From a virus (taxonomy: Duplodnaviria > Caudoviricetes), in the IMG/VR virus record IMGVR_UViG_3300029959_000009, positions 6,699 to 70,698 of that record: a stretch of 64,000 nucleotides of DNA; one strand, given 5' to 3'. The translations under genes were made by a program, and so were the position numbers. The notes beneath the pieces are model-generated. The model was not told where the DNA came from, made no database searches, and saw only the letters and a list, made by a program, of their open reading frames with translations. Shown piece by piece: positions 57,058-64,000 of the stretch (its first letter is position 1; every line of letters begins with the position of its first letter).

Positions 57058-57201
57058 ATGGCCTTCTCAAAAATCACCCTGACCATCCGAGATGATCAGA
57101 AGAAAGCTCTGGCAGATCATCCAGAGATTAATGTCTCTGGAGAGCTTCAGAATGCACTGGATAAGAGACTTGGGCTGAAGCCCAGCGAGGAAATAAAATG
57201 A
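57058..57201 (+). CDS. RHH/antitoxin-like protein (47 aa)
   Basis: MAFSKITLTIRDDQKKAL..HPEINVSGELQNALD. Confidence 0.6.
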   Translation: MAFSKITLTIRDDQKKALADHPEINVSGELQNALDKRLGLKPSEEIK

Positions 57202-57467
57202 AAGTCGTCGGAGTCCAAGAGAAACGCTGCCTCGACTGTGAGCACCATTTCCTCCAATGGACCCACATCCACAGAGGCATTAGAATGCCCACCCTAAAGC
57301 CCGACAAAATCCATGAGATTGAGCCAGAGGGCAGACCATGCCCGAACTGCGGCAAGTCTGACATCGTTGATGCTGTGCCGAAAGAGGTTGAGCGGCCAGC
57401 GTATCAGATTCAGAAAGAGAGGCCGAAGAGGAGGAAATCCTCGACCCTTCGACATCTCGGGCTTTAG
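57198..57467 (+). CDS. Zn-ribbon protein
   Basis: CLDCEH...CPNCGKSD. Confidence 0.55.
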   Translation: MKVVGVQEKRCLDCEHHFLQWTHIHRGIRMPTLKPDKIHEIEPEGRPCPNCGKSDIVDAVPKEVERPAYQIQKERPKRRKSSTLRHLGL

Positions 57468-57597
57468 TCTATTTTTTATTCTCCTTTTCTTATACTCCTA
57501 TTTTCGCTATGCGCTGCATGGGTATTCGCGGTAAAGGGGATGTATTCCTATAGAGACTGGAATGAACGAGAAAAGAAAAGACGGTTGGACAAAAGTA

Positions 57598-58371
57598 TCA
57601 CAAGCTCAATATCGCGTTTTTCACATATTCTGCCATAATATAATATCCACTCGATGATAAATGTACCCCGTCTAAATAATATCTAGCATCATATGCGACG
57701 CTGTCAGGATCGCCGATGTTGATCCCGATGACCGGATCAAGTGCGACATCCGCCAGCGCATCTGCGAAATCGGTATATCCTGCACGCAAGGCAATGTTTA
57801 ACGCGTCTCGGTGGGGCTCATAGCCTACCACTTCGTACTCTGCCGGGAGAGACAGGACCACAACCTCGAAGCCCGTTGCCTTTCGAGCCAGACACCAGGT
57901 TTCGATGTAGCCATACACATCGTCTTCATCAATCGAATGCTCTGGGCCATGCCTGAGATCGTTTACAGTTAGAAGAACCGCTATGTTCTTCTGATAATCG
58001 GAATCATACAGGGCATCGACATTTGCCACCGCGCGATCTAGTATCGCGGGTGGGTTATATGTACTCATGTATGAGCCAGAGATTCCAACATTTGTTACTT
58101 TTTGCAAGCCGGCGTCTCGGAGCATATACGCGAGCCAAGCGGGATACGACATCTGGACATTGTAGCCGAACGTCACCGAGTCACCTTCGCAAACAATATT
58201 TTTGAACTGGCTCTTGTAATTAGCTTGCAAATACCCGCTGAGCGCAAATGCGCTATTTCCATAGACGGCATTTGCAATTCTGCGCCCCATGGCTGATATT
58301 CCTGGATCGGATGACCCGATACAATTCTCGAAATCTTGCCCGGTTGCGATCCATCTAGGCGCGCCCCTCAT
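57598..58371 (-). CDS. SGNH/GDSL hydrolase
   Basis: EGDSVTFG (block I), NVGISG, VND, DGVHLSSSGY (DxxH). Confidence 0.85.
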   Translation of the reverse strand: MRGAPRWIATGQDFENCIGSSDPGISAMGRRIANAVYGNSAFALSGYLQANYKSQFKNIVCEGDSVTFGYNVQMSYPAWLAYMLRDAGLQKVTNVGISGSYMSTYNPPAILDRAVANVDALYDSDYQKNIAVLLTVNDLRHGPEHSIDEDDVYGYIETWCLARKATGFEVVVLSLPAEYEVVGYEPHRDALNIALRAGYTDFADALADVALDPVIGINIGDPDSVAYDARYYLDGVHLSSSGYYIMAEYVKNAILSL

Positions 58372-59723
58372 ACAGGCTCCGAACAGAATCGAGTAGTCTG
58401 ATAGACCGCTGCTGTGCCTCTACTACCGGGACGGCGATACGCTGGCCCGCAATATGCTGCGAACGTTGGAATGCCCCCCCCAAGCATTTTTTGTATGGCT
58501 GCAATCCCCTGGCTATAGATCTGCCCCCTTCCGAGAGATGCTTGCCAAGCATTTGCAGGAGCGACATTTGCGCTAGCATTCCCGCTTGTCACTGTCTGCG
58601 GATCTCCGCTGACCACTACCTGATGGGTATGCACCGCCGCCGTCCCGAACTCAGACATATTGTCCTCGAGGTACTGTTCCAGAGTACCAGTGGCCCCAAT
58701 AACGCCGTAATGGGAAATGATTGATTTCCCGGTGGAGTCAAGGGGGAAATTTGAAATTGTTGGATTCACCGCCCCTGCTACACAAGTTCCCACGGGGCTA
58801 CCAGTTGCGGCTTTCAAGAACTCCGAATCGAACAGCATTCGTTTTCCTTGAAGGTGGCCGTAAGTTGTCAGCGTCTCGTATGGGACAGATACCTTGATGG
58901 TCGCGCCGAAGACCGATGTTATTGTCGCGCCCACGCCGTTTGCCATATATATATCTGAGCGAAGAGCAGGTATGCCGTCGCTTGGAGTCAGACTCAGTTT
59001 CACCATGCCTTCTGGCGTCGATTTCGGTCTATCGAGCAGATCCCAAATTGAATTGAATATGATATCACCCATCAGGAAGCCATAATATGGGTCAGTGCCC
59101 TGAACTAGATTCTCGCAGCCATTCAGGTCGCATGTCCAGGTGACTTGATCATCTACGACAGTTTCACCGGGAGTGGTTGGCCATGTCGGTTCTGTGGCCG
59201 CATCGGTTTTGAAGTCGCCTGCCCGCGAAGTACATCGATAGAGAAGCTTTGTAGCACCGGGAGTGACAGGTTGAACGACATAATTTACTGTGGTTACGGT
59301 ATCTGCTGCCCAGGTCGGTGCAGTGACGTAGGGAAGGCAGTGGAAGCCGCCAATTTTTCTAGAATTGTTTGCATCATAGCCACTAGGCCAGGTAGACGCA
59401 TCTGATATCAGGATCTTCGGAGCAGTTCCAGATACAGGGACACATGCATAGATGTAGAAGTCCTTTCCTGCTCTGTTAGCCGCGACTGTGTAGTCGGTCG
59501 GCGTTTGTGTATCCCATGTAGCTGCGATATTGAGATCATATTCCTGTGCTGATGTCAGCTCATAGCCTCGTCCTGCTCCAATAGCCCCAATTTTTACGAG
59601 CAATTCTGCCGGAGAGACCAATATCGTTCTATCTGCGGCTAGGCTTTTAATATGCCATGTAGTATCTGATCTACTGTATGCGTTTGGTTGGGCAGATCGC
59701 CTTTCAAGGACCCCCATGCTCAC
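58368..59723 (-). CDS. Major-tropism-determinant-like (CLec/FGE-type) receptor-binding protein
   Basis: SRKIGGFH, SIWDL..RPK..PEGMV, GKRM...EF..AATGSP, LGGG...CG...RFCSEP. Confidence 0.65.
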   Translation of the reverse strand: MSMGVLERRSAQPNAYSRSDTTWHIKSLAADRTILVSPAELLVKIGAIGAGRGYELTSAQEYDLNIAATWDTQTPTDYTVAANRAGKDFYIYACVPVSGTAPKILISDASTWPSGYDANNSRKIGGFHCLPYVTAPTWAADTVTTVNYVVQPVTPGATKLLYRCTSRAGDFKTDAATEPTWPTTPGETVVDDQVTWTCDLNGCENLVQGTDPYYGFLMGDIIFNSIWDLLDRPKSTPEGMVKLSLTPSDGIPALRSDIYMANGVGATITSVFGATIKVSVPYETLTTYGHLQGKRMLFDSEFLKAATGSPVGTCVAGAVNPTISNFPLDSTGKSIISHYGVIGATGTLEQYLEDNMSEFGTAAVHTHQVVVSGDPQTVTSGNASANVAPANAWQASLGRGQIYSQGIAAIQKMLGGGIPTFAAYCGPAYRRPGSRGTAAVYQTTRFCSEPV

Positions 59724-60127
59724 ACCTCAAGCTCTTCAGACAGTATCATAATCACTCTGCCAGCAGAATCACATTTCAGCGGCGTAATTGTGCCATCTGC
59801 CCGCTTGCCGCAGAGCACAAGGTAGGGTGTATTGGCATCGGCCTGGGCCAGGAGCTTCCCATTCATCGCCGCCAAAGTCGATTCCGTAGCCGCGCCTGTG
59901 GCCGGAAGCCGAGCCAGGATGTCGGTGAGCAGCTTTGCCAGAGATCCAGCGGCCGGGTTCAATAGCGCCCCGAGCCTATCCTTCACGGTTCCGAGGGTCG
60001 TCTCGCTCGCCAGATCCGCGCCCTCGGCTGGCGCGAGTGTGCCCCGCACATACAGATCGCCCTCATCACCGCACTCAAGCGCCTTCGGCCTCTCATCCGA
60101 GCGCTTCCTTCCGTAAAGTTGAGCCAT
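59720..60127 (-). CDS. Hypothetical virion protein
   Basis: ATE.TLAA fibre-like motifs. Confidence 0.55.
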   Translation of the reverse strand: MAQLYGRKRSDERPKALECGDEGDLYVRGTLAPAEGADLASETTLGTVKDRLGALLNPAAGSLAKLLTDILARLPATGAATESTLAAMNGKLLAQADANTPYLVLCGKRADGTITPLKCDSAGRVIMILSEELEV

Positions 60128-60237
60128 GAAAATCTCCTAGATCTTAATCGCCTTCGGGAGGCGTTCCCTAGTTCAGAGCCTAATCTATGCTACAAAGGTA
60201 ATACTTTGCAGCCCGAAAATGGTTTTATAATAAAGTC

Positions 60238-60678
60238 TCAATAATCGTTATCAGAGGGGTAATCGAACTGCCCAATAGAGAACTTCGCCGTCGCTGGCGT
60301 CGAGTGGTGGAAGGTTCCTGTTGGCTTGGTGGGATAGGACTTGATAATCCCTATGAGGTCGTCGGCCACTTGCCGCAGGCCAGCCAGCTTATCCCCTGTG
60401 GCCCTGACAATCTCCTCTGCTATTGGCGACCATTTCCCCTCTTCATAGGAGCCCGGAACGACATTAAGAACGCGGTCTGCATAGGCCTGATACGCCAGGA
60501 AAATCGCAAAAGCGCTTTCAGCCGTAGGGAAGAACTCAGCGGGCGCGCTATATCGATACTGCAGGACGGTGATGTACGACGCTGCCCTGGTTATGGCGCT
60601 GGCGATGGCCACCGCCGAGAGCTCGCTGGCCTCTGGGATGTTGATAGCCGCCCGGACATCCGCCTCTGTGATCGTCAT
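60238..60678 (-). CDS. Probable head-tail connector/adaptor
   Basis: ITEADVRAAI...AITRAASYI helical pattern downstream of the capsid genes. Confidence 0.5.
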   Translation of the reverse strand: MTITEADVRAAINIPEASELSAVAIASAITRAASYITVLQYRYSAPAEFFPTAESAFAIFLAYQAYADRVLNVVPGSYEEGKWSPIAEEIVRATGDKLAGLRQVADDLIGIIKSYPTKPTGTFHHSTPATAKFSIGQFDYPSDNDY

Positions 60679-60692
60679 TATTTTAGACCTTC

Positions 60693-61196
60693 TTATGCTG
60701 TTGCGTTCCGTGCTACTATGAAAACCAGTTTTGAATCGAATGGCCCCAGATTGTGAAAGGTAAAATCGTTTACTGAGTTTCCAAGAAACGATATGTTTCC
60801 GCTCTCTATGAATAGGACAGGGCCGCTCAGACGGTAATTATTAGGGCGTCCGTCTAATGTGAAGTGGAGATCCTCGTAGCTGTCTGAAGTGACCACAAGC
60901 GCTTTGACATTTTCGGAGTCGCTCGGTTGGATTTTCACTGTTGTGGGGTCGGTGCTAAATTCGTTTAATAGCAGGGGCACCATCGACCAGTCTGATATTT
61001 CCTCGACTACCGCGTCCGGGTCGGGGTCGGGTTCCGCCCATTCGCTGTATTCGGGGACGGGCTCCGATAACGAAATTCCTGCCGGGATCGTTATGCCGAT
61101 TTTGGAGTATGCCTCCACCGCGAAATGGTTTTGAAAAGATAACCGTGGGCCTTTGGAGCCTAGATTAACTTCAGTTTGACAGCTAAATACTAACAT
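60693..61196 (-). CDS. Hypothetical protein
   Basis: Intact ORF, more AT-rich than its neighbours. Confidence 0.5.
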   Translation of the reverse strand: MLVFSCQTEVNLGSKGPRLSFQNHFAVEAYSKIGITIPAGISLSEPVPEYSEWAEPDPDPDAVVEEISDWSMVPLLLNEFSTDPTTVKIQPSDSENVKALVVTSDSYEDLHFTLDGRPNNYRLSGPVLFIESGNISFLGNSVNDFTFHNLGPFDSKLVFIVARNATA

Positions 61197-61256
61197 AGCA
61201 ACCCCTGACCGACGATTGCGTCAAAAAAAATGGTTGGCGGGAGTTGAGCCCGCCCT

Positions 61257-62522
61257 TCATCCCACTACCAGCACAGACACGTACCCCGTATCCGATCCGG
61301 TTTCGCAGGTGACGTTGAACCCTGCCGTGGTGGGTGATGCCCATGCCAGGTCCTTCGACGCGGCCGCTGCGCCTTTGTAGGTCAGGAGAACGTCATAGGT
61401 GGCATTCTCCCAATCAGCTTCAAGGCCCATGCCCTGCGCCCCGTAACCTACTTCGGTGTTGGGTATTCCGCAGAGGGTGTTCAGCGTGCCGTTGCCTGCA
61501 GTAACCTTGTGAGTCCTGCCAGTGCCAGCCCCGGATATGATCAGAGTGCCCGAAGAGGCGTCAGCATCGACCCGCGCCATGTCGCCATTGATCAGCGTGG
61601 CGATCTCCGCAGGGGTTACGGCCGTCACATCGGCACAATCTCCTGTGCCTGCCGTCTCGGCTCCTCCATCGGGGCCGATGTCCAGCTCCTCAGTACAGTT
61701 TCCAGCCTCAGCGCGGGTTATGACGACCCTTGAGCCTGTGCCGAGCTTGGTGCTGGTGATGATGTACTTGTTGACGCTGAAGGCGACGGTTTCCAGGCCG
61801 CTTGTGGCTGCCCTTATGGCCAACTGCATCGCAGCCGCAACATCATTTCCGGTAACGGCTCCAGTCCAGTCGCAAGTGACCTCGACGGCCTCGCCGCCGT
61901 CCATCGCTATCATGAACTTGGTATCAGCATCGCCCGACATATCGGTCTTGGCTGATGTGCCGCCTGTCCAATTGGCTGCAGCACAGTTCAGAGTAGCAGT
62001 CTCCTCGGCCTGGGCATCGTAGGTGAGCTTGATCGTGCCGTTGTTGCCGGGAGTTGACATATCCACAGGGGCGTCGATGCCTGTTATGAACGGGGCCGCG
62101 TCATCCTGGAAGAGGACGGGCGTTACGCCGCCCGCGAGCTGGATGGTCTTCCGGGCGAACCTCTCGATGCCCGCCTCCAGCTGGAGGGCTGTATCAGCGA
62201 GATCGAGGGACGCCTGGACGGCTGCGGCGAAGTCGGTCTTGGGGATGCCTGTCCCAGGCTTCGTGTACTTGAGCCCTATCGACGTGACGAGCTCGTTTAT
62301 GGCCGCCTGCAGGCTGGTCCTGGCGCTCGTTGTGAGGGCGGCCAGGCTGCCGACCTTGGCGTCTGCGGCCATCTTGGCGTTCGTTATCGAGTTGTCGGCT
62401 ACCGGAGTAGATGAGAGGGCGTTGATCTGCTCGGCAGTCGCCGTAACCTTTACCATCGCTCCACCGCTGCCGGGAACGTAAAGCTCCTCGATCTCCGCCT
62501 TGACGATGCGGAGGAGCTTCAT
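61257..62522 (-). CDS. Head fibre/decoration-like structural protein
   Basis: DNSITNAKMA, VGSLAALTT..LQAAINEL fibre motifs; Ala/Gly/Thr-rich. Confidence 0.6.
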   Translation of the reverse strand: MKLLRIVKAEIEELYVPGSGGAMVKVTATAEQINALSSTPVADNSITNAKMAADAKVGSLAALTTSARTSLQAAINELVTSIGLKYTKPGTGIPKTDFAAAVQASLDLADTALQLEAGIERFARKTIQLAGGVTPVLFQDDAAPFITGIDAPVDMSTPGNNGTIKLTYDAQAEETATLNCAAANWTGGTSAKTDMSGDADTKFMIAMDGGEAVEVTCDWTGAVTGNDVAAAMQLAIRAATSGLETVAFSVNKYIITSTKLGTGSRVVITRAEAGNCTEELDIGPDGGAETAGTGDCADVTAVTPAEIATLINGDMARVDADASSGTLIISGAGTGRTHKVTAGNGTLNTLCGIPNTEVGYGAQGMGLEADWENATYDVLLTYKGAAAASKDLAWASPTTAGFNVTCETGSDTGYVSVLVVG

Positions 62523-62544
62523 CTTTATGCGGCCCCATGGCCTT

Positions 62545-62760
62545 TCAAACGACAACATCTGCGGCCACCTCCATCGGTGTTGTTGGCATCTCTTCGGCTG
62601 TCCTGTAGATGCTGCCTGCGCTTATGAGGCGCTTTATGGTATCCGGCATCTTCGCGGCTTCCTTATCGGAGAGGACGGAGCCCCGCGCGTATTTGCGCGG
62701 TGGCTTTTTGGCATCCTTGCCGTCGTGTCTCTCGAAGCCTCGCACTATCATGAATGGCAT
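62545..62760 (-). CDS. Small head-associated protein
   Basis: Directly after the MCP; GGAGG RBS. Confidence 0.55.
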   Translation of the reverse strand: MPFMIVRGFERHDGKDAKKPPRKYARGSVLSDKEAAKMPDTIKRLISAGSIYRTAEEMPTTPMEVAADVVV

Positions 62761-62772
62761 AGTGCAGCCTCC

Positions 62773-63825
62773 TTAAGCTATGCAGTTCAGGCCGAACAGC
62801 CCGGCGTCCGGCGTCATCAGGACGGGGGCCCAGCACTGGAAGCCCTGGTAGTAGGTCGTGTGGGTGTGCAGGTCGGGAACCTGTACCATTGCGGTGTCAA
62901 ACCCGCCGAGGGGCTGGTTGAAGGACAGGTTCATGCCTGCGATGGTCTTCATGACTCCGGGGGTTGTGACGTAGCCATACCAGAAGCTCTTACCGAAGAT
63001 CCAATCCAGATCGACGGTGTCCCCAGGGGCGCTCTTGTTGTACATAGCCCCGGCGACGATGATGTTATCCACATCGAGAGCGGCCGCGATCATCTGTTCG
63101 TTCAGCTTGGTTGGAACCTTCTCTGCGCCCTGCGGGTTGCGGTACATGCTGATGAGCTGCTCGTTGATCCTCACCGCCTCGTACACCTGCTCGCCCATTA
63201 TCAGGGTGTTCGGCTTTACGCCGCACTTCTGTTTGATGGCGAGCTTCATATCCTTGAACAGAGTCAGAGGATCGGAGTCGGCATCGTTGAAGCGTCTGAA
63301 GGTCTCGCCTGTGGTGACTTCTCCAGGGGCCCAGGTCTCGCCGGAGTTGACGCCGGTTATGTCGATTCCCCAGACGCCGTTAGTGAAGTATTTCTCGGCG
63401 ATTAGGAGTTCCTTGTTCAGCTGGAGGACGTCGGTTACCATCTGAGTCGTTGCGTACTCGATGGGATATCCCTCGTCAGCCACGAAGGGGATATCCGCAA
63501 GCAGTGGCATCTCGAAGGCGTACCTCTGACAGACATAGCTGCCGGGGGTGTCTACCTTGAGCTCGCCCTGGGGCGGGACTGTGCCGGGCCGCCAGGTCCC
63601 TGCCTTGTTTGTGAAGGCGTTCTCCTTAGCCCACTTTGGATAGAGGCCTGCGATCTGGTTGACCCCAATCATAGGGAACCACTGATCGGCGACGAAGTTT
63701 GAGGGCTCCTGCCTGTAGGCGAGAGACCAGCCCGATTCAAGACGGGCGACGTGGAGCTGTGAGTAGTCCACGCCCTTATTGATGACCTGTTGAGCCAGGG
63801 CCGCTACTGTTTCTCTGTAACCCAT
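62773..63825 (-). CDS. Major capsid protein (HK97 fold, lambda gpE-like)
   Basis: 350 aa, GAGGTGA RBS; FVADQWFP, W..ADSDPL, KPNTLIMGEQVY, DAGLFGLNCIA. Confidence 0.8.
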   Translation of the reverse strand: MGYRETVAALAQQVINKGVDYSQLHVARLESGWSLAYRQEPSNFVADQWFPMIGVNQIAGLYPKWAKENAFTNKAGTWRPGTVPPQGELKVDTPGSYVCQRYAFEMPLLADIPFVADEGYPIEYATTQMVTDVLQLNKELLIAEKYFTNGVWGIDITGVNSGETWAPGEVTTGETFRRFNDADSDPLTLFKDMKLAIKQKCGVKPNTLIMGEQVYEAVRINEQLISMYRNPQGAEKVPTKLNEQMIAAALDVDNIIVAGAMYNKSAPGDTVDLDWIFGKSFWYGYVTTPGVMKTIAGMNLSFNQPLGGFDTAMVQVPDLHTHTTYYQGFQCWAPVLMTPDAGLFGLNCIA

Positions 63826-63835
63826 GAAAATCACC

Positions 63836-64000
63836 TCACTCCGGGATGCTTACGTACACAGGCCCGCCGAACAGCCTGACAGTCGCGGGCAGGCCTGCGG
63901 CAGCTCCAACCTCGCACTGGCCGACGATGATATCACCGTCTGAGGGCGTAGCCGCATCTCCTACTCCGCCTGTGCCGACCTTGACAGGCTGGCCTGGGGG
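63836..64000 (-). CDS. Capsid cement/decoration protein, C-terminal part
   Basis: GQPVKVGTGG..ATPSDGDIIVGQCEVGAAAG..ATVRL, immediately upstream of the MCP. Confidence 0.65.
   Translation of the reverse strand, partial: PPGQPVKVGTGGVGDAATPSDGDIIVGQCEVGAAAGLPATVRLFGGPVYVSIPE

Noticed and set aside
29594-63445. Many long plus-strand ORFs over the virion operon (e.g. 29594-30646, 40955-41848, 50767-51708, 62500-63405)
   Set aside because: Antisense frames of GC-rich minus-strand genes, with no RBS or motifs.

Overview
Almost the whole window is one tailed archaeal virus or provirus with a contractile tail, and the host is probably a Methanomicrobia-type methanogen (GGTGA/GAGGTG ribosome-binding sites, archaeal TATA boxes, PCNA, a GINS-like gene, methanogen-type wHTH regulators). 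Bases 1-29.4 kb hold a probable terminase small subunit running off the left edge, many small early and regulatory genes, a radical SAM enzyme, a ParB-DUF4417 fusion, several free-standing endonucleases, PCNA, a GINS A-domain, an N4C/N6A methyltransferase and an Hjc-like resolvase. Bases 29.4-64 kb are a minus-strand virion operon (capsid, neck, fibres, sheath, tube, chaperone with -1 frameshift, tape measure, hub, spike, baseplate). It carries two identical-looking IS200/IS605 copies, a TnpB-only element and a non-autonomous derivative. The main finding is a cassette between the tape-measure gene and the next tail gene: a divergent RHH gene, a Cas7/RAMP-like gene (currently split by an IS605), a 100-nt array of 20 pentamers NN-(T/G)GY, and a DUF559 nuclease. 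Reading only the variable dinucleotides with a 1-nt gap matches codon positions 1+2 of the neighbouring tail gene at 36109-36168 (31/40 nt, 14/20 units). The mismatches mostly imply conservative amino-acid changes, as expected for a guide aimed at a related virus's allele. All protein assignments are by-eye motif recognition; no database searches were run.
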